This document shows, piece after piece, positions 1 to 13,000 of a DNA stretch of 64,000 bases. The translations under genes were made by a program, and so were the position numbers. Position 1 is the stretch's first letter. The number at the start of each line of letters is the position of its first letter. The DNA is from Octopus sinensis (taxonomy: Eukaryota), in assembly GCF_006345805.1 (NCBI RefSeq), contig NC_042997.1, positions 165,540,001-165,604,000 on the forward strand, given 5' to 3'. The notes beneath the pieces were generated by a model. That model was not told the DNA's origin. It ran no database searches and saw only the letters and a program-made list of their open reading frames with translations.

Positions 1-1
1 A

Positions 2-2278
2 CCAAACAGAGTTGTTGGTACAGATCAATCATGTGAAGGATCTTCTACTATATTAATAACGGCCGATCCCAATCCTATTATTAATAAAGTAACACAACCT
101 CAAGTGACATATGTGAAAACCACCCCAATTGCTGTATCATCACCTGAGCCATCTCGCACTACACCAGTCACATATTCACAAATGCAACCAACTACCCAAG
201 TGTTTTATATGAAATCAACATCTCCAAATATGCCTCAACTTTCATCTCAGTTACAAGTACAACCATTTCAAGGTATGCAAATTAAACAAGACCAACTTAT
301 TCTTAATTCAATAATTGTTAATAAGTCACAGACCACAACAGAAAAAGATGTAACATCATTACAAGGCTCACAGCCATTACTTTTATCTGTTCCCAAATCA
401 ACTGAACAAGAACAAACCATTCTGGGTAATGAATTAGAATTTCGGCAGCCAATTTATAATTCTTCATTAACTACATCTCAGCCTGCAACTTCTTCACTAC
501 CATCTTTGGATCGATTGACTCTACCAACTTGTCACTCAAACGAAGATAAAACATTGTCAACAACTGTACAATCTGTATCTGCTATTTCACAGGCACCTAT
601 ATTAGCTCAAAGACTTGCTGCTCCTTCTGTTAATAATACCATATTTTCTAGTCAACTAACTTCTTCTAGGTTAGTCTTACCTTCTAGTGGTTCAGCAGTA
701 CTACCAACGGGTTTGGCAAATACTCCCAACATCCAGTTGATACCAACATCAACTAACTTAACGAATAATTCATCCCAGTTAAACATATTATCTGTTCAGA
801 ATAATAGACTTTCTGCTCTATCATCTTCAGAAAACTCATCTTTTTTGCAACATGTATCACCCACTCAGATTTCTTCCATGGAGAATGAGCCTAGAGGTAA
901 GTTTTTGGTTTCAAATGCACCACTAAATGTTCAGCCTGCAATGGTTACCTCAAACCCACAGTTAGCACCATCTATCACAGAACGTTTGCCTGTTAGTAAT
1001 GCTTCTATGACTGGCAACACAGGTCTTATGGCTTCACAGTTGCACCCAACATTTGTTGACAGACTGTCAATGACAAACAAAGATAATGCTGTCACATATT
1101 CCACAGTTGTTGTTACAACTCCACAGTTTATTACAGCTCCTGCAAATACCATGAGAAGTGATTTGACTAATGTCTCAGCTGTAAAAAGTATTCTTGCTGC
1201 CCAGAATATATCTTCTAATTTAAATCCAGCTGCAAATAATTCTATCTTTAAAATTATTGCGCCACCAGTTGGAGTTAGTCAACAACCATCAACACAAGCT
1301 CCAAAATTAGTTTTAACTGAACCACCTGAGTCATCACTCCTTAACTCTTCACTAAATCAAAGATTTCAAGGTAATCAAACAGCCATGTTACTTAATACAA
1401 ATAACTCTGGCCAGCATAATTTTGCACAAATTAAAGATAATATGCAACCTCAGATCATCTCACTTAATCCTGTTTCTTTTGAAATACCAGCTGAGTCATT
1501 TAGATTCATTGAAATGCAAGGTCAGCCATTAAAAACAACGTCAAGTAATATAATAAATAATACTGTGACTAACAACATTTCTGTTGATAAACCAATAAAT
1601 ATTGTTACTAGAACGGACTCTGGCAATGTAATGAACCCTTCAAATATTTTTGTTGTGTCTTCTGCCTCAGAAACGTCAGTGCAGTCATCAAACAGTGTTA
1701 GCACCAAGTCAAATGAGAATATAAATTCTGAACTCCAATCCACATCTAAGTTGCCACCTTTGGAAAATAAATTATATGTTGAAGAGAACAATCCTTCTGT
1801 TACTCAAAAAGAAACTGCTTTTTCTTTCCGTGCATTACCATTGAAAGATCCCCCAGCTGAACCTGTGAAACCAAAACGCCCTGTTAGGAAAAAAAATGAT
1901 GATGATGTCAATCCATTTTTTGCTCATTTACGTGTTTCTTCAGCATCTCTTTCAAACCAAGGAGGTTTACCTCCTTTTAACACGCTTCAGACTACAAGTG
2001 AAGAGACTAAAACCAAACAGTCTTTCTCAGAAATTAAAAATATTTTACATAGTAAAACAGTTGATGATCAGACTAACTTTCAGTCAACTTCTCGTGGATC
2101 AAAAAAAAATACATTCAACCAATCTAATAATACTAAGGAAACATCGGACTCCTTAGATTCTTGTCTCAAAGCTAGTTCTAGTGATAATCAGTTGAATCAA
2201 AAGTGTACTGATAAAGATAACCATACGGAAGAAGAGAAATCATCAGAGACTGATGATAATTCAGAAAGGAAGCCCATT
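2..2278 (+). CDS. DNTTIP1: DNTTIP1 large N-terminal coding exon (S/T/Q/N/P-rich low complexity, 5' end outside window)
   Basis: Open frame from base 2 with no stop to the donor ATT|GTAAGT (2278/2279), phase 0, which matches the phase-0 acceptor at 10133. Assignment to DNTTIP1 rests on phase and proximity. Confidence 0.75.
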
Positions 2279-5200
2279 GTAAGTATATCCTTTTTTTTTT
2301 TTTTTTTTTTTTTTTTGATATTTTTGGTTTCCATGTAAATGTAACACAACTGGAAATGTATTCAAATATTTCAGATTTCAGTTATTATCATGTCATCATT
2401 ACTTGTTTTAATGCCAACTTTACTAGGTTGGCATGCATAAGATGAAAGTTACTGAGTTTGTTTTTTTTTTCTATAGCTGGACGTTTTTCTTGTTGCTAAC
2501 CCTTAATTTATTTGCAACTAAAGTACTATTTCTTCTAGTTCTCAATGGCCAGACATGTTCTCATGGCAGACTATAAACAAAGATACTGTCACATAGACTG
2601 TGGAATTGTTATCATCGTCATCATCATCATCATCATCATCATTATCATCATCATCATCATTTAATATCCGTTTTCCATGCTGACATGGGTTGGACGGTTT
2701 GACTGAGGTTTGGAGAGCCAGCAGCTGCACCAGGCTCTGATCTGATCTGGCAATGTTTCTATAGCTGGATGCCTTTCCTAATGCCTACCACTCTGAGAGT
2801 GTAGTGGGTACTTTTTATGTGCCACCAGCACAGGAGCCAGTCAGTAGGTACTGGCATTGGCCACATTTGGATGGTGCTTTTGACATGCCACTGGCGTGGT
2901 GGGGCCAGTCAGGTGGTCCTGGCATTGATCATGTTCAGATAGTACTTTTTAAACACCATGAAGATGATGGGAAGACAAACACACATGTAATAAATTGTTA
3001 CATACCTACACATGCTTGTATATCTATATGTGTGTGTGTCTGTGTGTATAATTATATATATATAGGACAGGCTTCTACTGTATCTCTTTACCAATTCCAC
3101 TCAAATGGCTATGGTCAACCTAAGATAATAGTCGTTAGAATACACTCCACAATATCACACAGTGGTAATAAACTCAAACATGGCCATGGCTTTAACCACA
3201 TGGCCATGCCTGATTTAAGGATATTTAAGTTGATATTCAGCATTTATGTAAATGGTTATTATGATTTTCTGTTTGACTAACAGAATTAGAAAAGAAATCC
3301 CATGTGTGGAAACAGAATCTGGAATAAAAAAATCTTAAAGTTAGTATAGCAAAGACCAAGGTCCTAGCATGCAAGAAATGAGAAAGGATCCCTTCACCCT
3401 TTTGGTAAATGTCCCTGCTCATATGTAGGAAAGGAGTAGGCAGAAATTCCATTCGGTGTACCTAGTGCAAGCTATAGACATGTAAGCGGTGCAGCGGAAT
3501 AGTAGGAAGGTTAAGAGAAAAAGTAGTGTTTTCTCTATGGAAGGTGTACAGCAGCCATAAAGGCCACAGATACATGGGAAACTGATTTCTTCAAATGTCC
3601 TGGGGGCTCTCTGCAAATTATAGGTAATTTTTGCTACCTCGCTGACCTAATTTGCCATGGTGGTGGTTGTACAGAAAGCATGATTGCTAGAATAAGAATG
3701 GGATGCAGAAAGTTCAGAGAGCTTTTACCTCTGTTGCCAACCAAAGGTCTCTCCAAGTGAAAGGAAGACTATATGATGCATGTGTACAAACTGCAATGCT
3801 ACATGGCAGTGAGACATGGACTCTGAATGCAGAGGATAGAGGAATGGAAACTGATGTGCTCCATTGGATGTGCTATGTCAGTGTACATGTGCAACAGAAC
3901 ACTAGTGTATTGAAAGAAATGTTAGGCATGAGTGAAATTATTATATGCAGTGTGCAAAACAGGTGACTGCACTGGTTTGATCATGTGAAGTGAATGGATG
4001 AAGCCAGTTGCATAAATAAATGCCTATTACTTTAAGTGGAGGAAGTTTTGGAAGACATGGGATGAAGTATTGAAGGTGATCTCAAAATGAAGAAAATGAC
4101 AAGACTGTGATATACAACACATTGCTGCTACACAAGAACACCTGCTCACTACAACAGAATTGATATCCTAAAACGAAGGGCTCACATAAAAAACATTGGT
4201 GTTGGTGCTGGTGTCATGTAAAAAGCATTGGTGATGATGCTACATAAAAAGCACTGGTACTGGTGCTACAGAAAAAGCACAGATGATGGTGCCATGTAAA
4301 AAGCACCCAGTGTACTCTGGCATTAGGAAGGACATCCAGCTATAGAAACCAAACCAAATCAGGCTATGAAACCTGGTGCAGTCCCTGGCCTTGCGTATTC
4401 CTACCATGCTAGTATGGAAAATGACATTAAATGATGATGATGATGATGATTTACTGTTCTTTCTTTCAACCTTTGGTGCACTCATCCTTCAATTCACTAG
4501 AGTATTTTTCTTTAACATACAGTCTGTTTTGCATTGGGTATCTATAACTACAATTTTCTGCATTCAGTGGCCAATGACTTTCAAGTGGAATCATTTTCTC
4601 ACCTCAGTCTTTCATATGTTAACATTGTGTACCCATTAAATTATACACACCACATTCTTCTCTAATTATTGAAGATCCTCAATACTCATGGATCTATCTC
4701 CTGATGTGCAACATTGCTGCACAAGTAAAACAAAATTCAAAATTTTAGTTAAAAGCAGTTCTGTAATGTAAACGTTAATGGTGCCATATGCTTAAATCAT
4801 GTGTGTTGTTAAACGTTTTTTGGCAGCAGTATTTCATCCAAATAACATTCCTGTAAAGATATAAAGTGTTAAAAAACACATTGAACTGCCCCAGAGATGA
4901 ACAAGAACATCGGATATTGATATTTCATTGTTATTTCAGTTTATTGATGCCATATACTCGATATGCCCTCAAGACTAATTCAACATACAGATAACATAAA
5001 ATCTGTCTGCTGATGCAACAGTGCCACACAATTAATACAAAATTCAAATTTTGAGTTAGCAACAGTTCTATAATGTAAACACTATCAATATCTGTCATTC
5101 CCGTTCACTTCCAGGGCAGTTTGCTTCACCTGGCTTAGAAATGTACTGTGTATTGTTTAACACTCTACATCTTCAAAGGGACTTTCTCAGGGTGAAATAC

Positions 5201-8200
5201 TGCAACGAAAAAGCATTTAACAACATACATTAAATAAATATGTAACATCAATAATATATATATATATATATATATAGACAACAAAAGAAAGAAAGAGACC
5301 TCAATATTATGTAAATAGAGGAATTTATCTGATGGCTGGATAACTGAAGAGATGGCAGTGTGGATTTCCACCTCGGCATCCGAAACTCAGAGTTTTATCA
5401 TGGCTACCAAATAATTGTCACATATTACATTTACAGATATAGATATATATATATATATATATACCAATTAAGGACTGAACACGAAAGGTGGACAGTCAAC
5501 ATGCTAGATATAGACGTCAATTCGCCATTCTCCACAAAGATTTTATATATATATATATATATTCAAATGTTAGTTTGTCAATGAAATAAGAAACATTATT
5601 CAGTTCATGTAGAGTACATTGCATATTCAAACTAAATTCATTCTTTTGTTGTAACTCAAGTGTCATGCCTTTGCAGTCATATATAGATGCCTAATTGAAG
5701 ACTATCATAGAAGATACTTGCTTAAGGTGCCATATAGTATGGTCAAACTTGAAACCATATGGTTAGAAATTGAACTTCTTAACCACACAGCTATGCCTGA
5801 TGCCATATGTATGTGTGTGTTTACAAACCACACTTGGCTACACCTACGAACTGTCACCATTTGTGGCTGAACTGCAAACTGGTATGGGTTGGTGACAAGA
5901 AAGGGCATTGGACCGTAAAATCCTGCTTCAATTTTTTTCATGCTAGTATGGATAAAGATAGATTAAGTGAAAACAACTTGTGTATATAATGTGTGTGTGT
6001 GTCTATATGTAGTTTGATATATGCACAGAGGAAAAAGTCCTAAGTACATGTAGCAGATTTTCTCCAATATTTGATGTGTTTCAACTATTTTACTCTGGTT
6101 TCATTGTTGCATTCACATTTATCACTGTAACTTATTGATTATTGTTGTTTGAAAGGGTTTTCAAAATATTTTTTTGATATGCTATCAGTCAGTTGGTTAG
6201 GTATCTGTATCTATAAATGAGGGTGGGGCAACACATAGCCATTGTTGGTAGGGCTGGGTGGTCAGTGTGGCAGCTTCGTTGGGATTTCTAATATATACGT
6301 GTGTATGTATCAGTGTTTGTCCTTCCTCCACTGCTTGACAACCAGAGTTGGTTTGTTTATGTCCCCATAACTTAACAGTTCGGTAAAAGTACCAAACTAT
6401 TAACAAAATATAAGTACTGGGGTTGATTTGTTTGACTAAACCCTACAAGACAGTACCTCAGCATGGCTGCTGGCTGCAGTCCAATGACTGATATAAGTAA
6501 AAGATAAAAAATTAAATACGGCTTTGGCACTGCCAGATAATGCTACATATAAGATCTTATCCTGAAAGTTCTTTAGAAGATGCTTATTTTTGTGTTTACA
6601 CTTCAACACCAATTCTTGAGTATTATTCAACATCTCAAGGCAGCAAGCTAGCAGAAACGTTAGCATGCTGGCCAAAATGCTTAGCATTACATTCTGAGTT
6701 CAAATTCCGCTGAGGTCGACTTTGCCTTTCATCTTTCTGGGGTCAATAAATTAAGTACCAGTTGCGTACTGGGGTCGATCTAATCGACTGCCCCCACCCC
6801 TCACCCCCAAATAATTTTTCAGGCCTTGTGCCTAGAGTAGAAAAGATTATTCAGTGTCTCAAATGCTGCATAAAAACACATTTTTCAGTGAGGTTTACCT
6901 TTCTGCTTCTAATCACTTAACCATGAAATGGAATCTGTTTCTGATCAGTCAGCAAACAGGAGCATTTTGTATTAAATGTATATTTGCACTCACATACGCA
7001 CGCACATCTTTATATGTTTGTTTGTGTGCATGTATATTATTTACATGTACTTGATATTACAATACCAACATGCTGTCACCTTTTTTTTTTTTTTTTCTCT
7101 TTCTTACTTCTTTATTGCCCACAACAAGCTAAACATAGAGGGGACAGACAAAGAGACCAAGCCAATTAGATTGACCCCAGTGCATAACTGGTACTTAATT
7201 TATTGACCCCAAAAGGCAAAGTCGACCTCAGCGGAATTTGAACTCAGAACGTAACGGCAGACGAAAAGCCGCTAAGCATTTCGTCTGGTGTGCTAACGTT
7301 TCTGCCAGCTCACCGCCCTTTTTTTGTCTTTCTGCCTGTCTCTCTCCCTCTTTCTTTCTCTCTCTCCTCTCTCTGTCATATCCTTTCTCTGTAATCAAGT
7401 AGATTTTGTATTTTTTGCTCATGGTATTGCATGATAATGGTAAGATTTGAATTTGTGGCCAAGATGTGATCAGTAATTGACCACCTTAACATTAAATCTA
7501 TGTTGAAAGATCACAGCTTGTAGAGGGGTACTATGTTGAAACAGACCTACTGAAGCCATACCAGTATGGAAAAGTAGATGAGAATTGAAGTTATTGACTT
7601 TTTAGATGTGTTAGGAATAAAAATATAAAGACACAGTACAGCATATTAGTTTATTTAAAGCTTCATTTTTATCACTACATACTTTAAACTTGATTTTCAT
7701 ATTTCAATTTAACACATCTTATTGTCTTGGATTTTGTTTAATTGTTATCCATAATCTTTAACACTTTTTGTAAATATTTTGCACTGTTCTTGATACAAAT
7801 TTCCTTTCAGGTTCAATAAAACAAGTACCAGTTGAACACTGGGATTGAAATAATCGACATAACTCCTCCCCCAAAATTACTAGCTTTATACCAAAATTTG
7901 AAATCATTGTTATTGTCATAATTAAGGCAGTGAACTGGCAGAATCATTTGTGTGCCAGGCAAAATGATTAGCAGCATTTCATCCATAGTCACATTCTAAG
8001 TAGAAATTCACTGAGATCAACTTTTCATTTCATCCTTTCGAGGTCAATGAGCACTGGGGTGAATGTAATCAACTTACCCTCTCCCCCAGAATTGCTGGTA
8101 TTGTGCCAGAATTTGAAACCATTATTATTATTTTTGTGGCAAATTTTAGAATTCTGAGTCCATTATGAAGATTGACCTACCACCTTCCTTTGGCCAATAA

Positions 8201-9666
8201 GGGTAGTCAGTTTGTATCTGCCTGGTAACCTTAGTAAAACAAGTTGTATGGTGGATTACACAGAAAGGGCTGACAACAAACACCTTCCTCTTTAGCCAAG
8301 TCCTCATCAATGTTTTCATTTGAAAAGGAAAATGAGGGCAGAGAGAGAAATGCTGCTACCCAGTAAATTTGTTGATAAGTGGATGTGAGTGGTTAGCATG
8401 GGCTTTGTGAATGGGCATGCACCTTTAGATTGGAGAGAGACAGCTGAAGAGAAAGTATTTTGCTTTAGTGGTCACAGATAGCCTTTGTATTTGTCTCATT
8501 TACACATATTTGATATAATTCCACACCGTATCATCCTCAATCTGTTTGGGAACCCTTAAGGTTACTCTTTACTCTTTTACTTGTTTCAGTCATTTGACTG
8601 CGGCCATGCTGGAGCACCGCCTTTAGTCGAGCAAATCGACCCCAGGGCTTATTTTTTGTAAGCCTAGTACTTATTCGATTGGTCTCTTTTGCCAAACCAC
8701 TAAGTTACGGGGACACAAACACACCAGCATCGGTTGTCAAGCGATGTTGTAGGGGCCAAACACAGACACACACACACACATATATATACATATAATATGA
8801 CAACTTCTTTCAGTTTCCGTCTACCAAAACCCACTCACAAGGCTTTGGTCGGCCCGAGGCTATAGTAGAAGACACTTGCCCAAAGTGTCAGAACCATGTG
8901 GTTGGTAAGCAAGCTATTTACCACACAGCCACTCCTGCGCCTATAAAAGAATTATTAAAGAATGCATTATTATTACCAAAGCAACAATGTTTTTACATTC
9001 AGTTTTTTAAAATTATCATACTATGAGAAAATCGTAGCCCATGTGACTACCAAAATGTTCTTTCTAACCTTTTCATTACTGAATTTTTGTTGAAATACAC
9101 TGCCTTTGTTTCAGTCAATTTTTATAATAATGAAAGTAACTTCATCATAATTGAGCTGGTCATTTGGAACATAAATTTATATGAAATTTTGATGTAAGGT
9201 TTTAATTTAGATTGTTTTAAATAGGAAGTTTGTGTCATAGAATCAGGAGCAGTCTCATGCGGGTTAAGATTGAGTGTTGGCACTAGTTTATATTTAATAT
9301 CTTCCTCACTGATATTATGTATATATATATATATAGACAAAGGATACGTGATATCTTGCCGCATTCAAGAAGGTCCATACTCTGCAGCAGAAGTGTTAAG
9401 ACTAATCCTTCATGGCGGTGCCATGTAAAAGCGCCCATGCAGTGCCATGGAAAAGCACCCATGCAATGACACAAAAAAGTGCCCATGCGATACCACATAA
9501 AAGCATACTCTGTAAAGTGGTTGGCATTAGGAAGGGCCTCTAGCCATAGAAACCATGCCAAATCAGACTGGTGTCTGGTGCAATACCCCAGCTTGCCAGC
9601 TGTGGTTACACCATCCGACTCATGTTACCATTGACAACAGACGTTAAATGGTGATGATATATACAC

Positions 9667-9727
<61 letters not shown>

Positions 9728-10003
9728 GAGGGTATTTGCAACAAGTTGCTAGACCACATAGCAAAAGTATATAATGAGTTACAAATACTGTTGTCTGTGG
9801 GGACATATTTTTGTAGTAAAAGAAATAACAGTCCTCTGGCTGCTATTTCTAATACTTTCGGTATGTGGTCTAGCAACTTGTTGCAAAGACCCTCATTGTT
9901 ATAATTATATATAATTTTACCAAATATGGCCCTTTTCCATATCAAAATACTACTTGGTGAAATTTGTTGATTTTATTAAATGAATTATATTTCACCCTTT
10001 ATC

Positions 10004-10067
<64 letters not shown>

Positions 10068-13000
10068 GACATATATACAGGCACACACATATACATACAT
10101 TTATATATCATTTGTTTTATCTTCTATTTCAGCCAAAGCCACTCAGCATGCGGTTACAGACTTTGAATAACTTTCCAGTTAGTCAGGCTTATAAGTCTGC
10201 ATTCCGATGTCATGCAGGAGCTATATCAAAGGCTAAGTAAGATATGAACTATTATAAATCGTTTAGTGAAGGCAAGAAATTTATAAATATATATATATAC
10301 AAATGTGCATGTGTATGTTAGCACAAAGAAGAAAAAGTATGTAATATATTTAGTTGAAGTTGAAATGTCATACAACCATCACTTCTCCAGGATCTCATTT
10401 CTCCATATTTTACCCCTTTTGTTAGCCTCTTTCTAGAAAAACCTGTTGCCTTTTCGAAAATAATGAAGATTTTAACAAAAAAAAATTGTTATTAATAAGC
10501 TGATGCTTTCAACATAAATTAACATAAAATTTTGATGGGAAATTATAATTTAGTTTTATTTTATAATATGAATTTTGTTTCTCAGAACCAGAGTTAAGGA
10601 ACTTGAAAGTAACAACTGACTGAATATACAGCTTTGTATATGTAAACAGTGTGTGTGTGTGTGTCTGTGTGTACATTCATGATGCTGACATGACAATAGT
10701 TTAGAAGTTCACTTTGCAGTTATTTAATCCAGATCAGATTACATCTAGACACACTGATCACTCATTCATCTCTTATTTTACAAATTCCAGGGTAGCCTGC
10801 ATTACTAGCTCCACTAAATCATTGGACCTGATAAGACAAAATTTACAAAGATTCATCAACAAAGAAATTGACCATGTCATTCAGGATTATTTAAAGGTAA
10901 GCTTGATTCATTTATTTATTTCTTTAACCTTTTGCCTATCCAAAGAATTTTCATAAGTTTTGTCCTAAATGTCCATGTTTGTTTATTGTTGGTAGTCATG
11001 GTTGTGGTTGAAGGCAACAATGACATTGCTCATCTGCAATTTCTTGCACTGAGGAACATATGTTAAATCAGAGTATTTTTCAAAATTTCATTTCATGTCG
11101 TCGTCATCGTTTAATGTCCACTTTCTATGCAGGCATGGGTTGGACAGTTTGACTGAGGACTGGCAAGCCAGGAGGCTACACCAGGTTCCAATTTGTTCTG
11201 ATTTCTACAGCTGGATGCCCTTCCTAATGCCAACCACTCTGAGAGTGTAGTGGGTGCTTTTTACATTCCACTGGCACAGGGGCCAGTCAGGGGGCACTGA
11301 CATCAGCTACACTCAAATGGTGCTTTTTATGCGGCACTGGTATCAGCCACAACAACAATTTCACTTGACTCAACAGGTCTTCTCAAGCACAGATTATTGC
11401 CTGACACTTGGAGGGTACTTTTAAATGGGCCAGTTATGCAACACTGGCATAGACAACAGCTATGATCTTACTTGGCTTACCGGGTCTTCTCAAGCACAGC
11501 ATATCTCCAAAGGTCTCAGCCGCTTGTCATTGCTTCTGTGAGGCCCAATGTTTGAAGGTCATGCTTCACCACTTCACCCCATGTCTTCTTGGGTCTAACT
11601 CTTCCACAAGTTCCCTCCACTGTTAGGGTGTGACACTTCTTCACACAGCTGTCCTCATCCATACACAATACATGACCATACCAGCGCAGTCGTCTCTCTT
11701 GCACACCACATGTAATGCTTCTTATGTCTGACTTTTCTCTCAGGGCGCTTACATTCTGTTGTATATGCACACTGATATTGTACATCCAGTGGAGCATACT
11801 AACTTCATGTTTTTTTAAGCTTGCGCATCTCCTCAGCAGTCCTGTGTAGCATGGCTGTTTGCACACATGCCTCATGCAGTCTACCTTTTACTCTGAGCGA
11901 GAGGCCCTTTATTACCAACAGAAGTAGAAGTTCTCTGAACTTTGCCCAGGCTATTTATATTCTAGCAGCTGCATTCTCAGAGCATCCATCCCTGCTACTT
12001 CCTTGGTCACCTAGGTAACGGAAGCTATCAACTACTTCTAGTTTTTTTCCCCTGCCATGTGATGGAATCTGTTTTCTGTTTATCTTTGGTGTTTTTTGTC
12101 CCTGTCTATCTGCCACGCACAAAATCTATCTTCCTAGTTAACCTTCCTTTGATATTGCTGCACCTCTTATGTGTCCATAGCTTACACCAGGTATATCTTA
12201 TGGAGTTTTTACCTACGCCTTTTCTGCAGATCAAGCAGAGCCATCAACCTGAAGGGATTTGTGATTTGTCTGCCTTCCTACTTACTAAGATTTTGGTTTT
12301 TGCTAGATTAACTCTAATGCCCTTTGATTCTAGACCTTGCTTCCACACCTGAAACTTCTCCTCTAGTTCTGGTAGTGACTCAGCTATCAGAGCAAGATCA
12401 TCAGCATAGAGAAGCTCCCAAGGGCAACCTGTCTTGAATTCCTCTGTTATTGCCTGGAGAAATATGATGAATAAGAGGGACCTGAGGACTGATCCTTGGT
12501 GAACCCCAAATTCTACTCAGAATTCTTCACTATACTTGTTGCCAATCCTCACCTTACTGACAGCATCCCTGAACAGGGCTTGTACAGTTCTTACCAACCA
12601 CTCATCTATCCCTAGTCTCTGCATTGACTACCAGATAAGGGATCAGTGTACCCTGTTAAAGGCTTTCTCTATGTCTTACCAGAAATATAGCATCAGTAGT
12701 GCTTCTCCCTGGCACAAACTTAAACTGCACCTTGTCTAAACTAACTCTCCCTCTAATTAGTTGGGCTATGACCCTCTTTGTGACTTTCATCACCTGGTCC
12801 AGCAATTTGAAATTATTCACTGTCACTTCCATCCTCTTTGAAAAAAATACTACCACTTCCATTAACTAACATCCTAGCAGTATCATCACCACAATGAACT
12901 GTTAGTTCTCAGTGTGTGTGTGTGTGTGGGCATGTGCATATATGTGTGCATGATTTTACTTCCTTGTTGAAGATTTCAATTCATCAGTATTTTTCTTTTG

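Noticed and set aside
931-1791. Antisense ORFs within the large exon
   Set aside because: Shadow frames of a long coding exon; no motif or independent support.
2279-2338. C-terminus VSISFFFFFFF... of the 744-aa ORF as a transmembrane tail
   Set aside because: It is read-through past the GTAAGT donor into an intronic poly-T tract.
9606-10240. YIYIYI/HTHTHT-rich ORFs here and elsewhere (5165-5584, 33654-34167, 44510-44889, 46529-46898)
   Set aside because: Translations of microsatellites.
10720-10790. Acceptor at 10719 giving LFNPDQITSRH... as exon start
   Set aside because: Phase 0 does not fit the phase-2 donor at 10236; the 10790 acceptor has a better pyrimidine tract and restores the frame.
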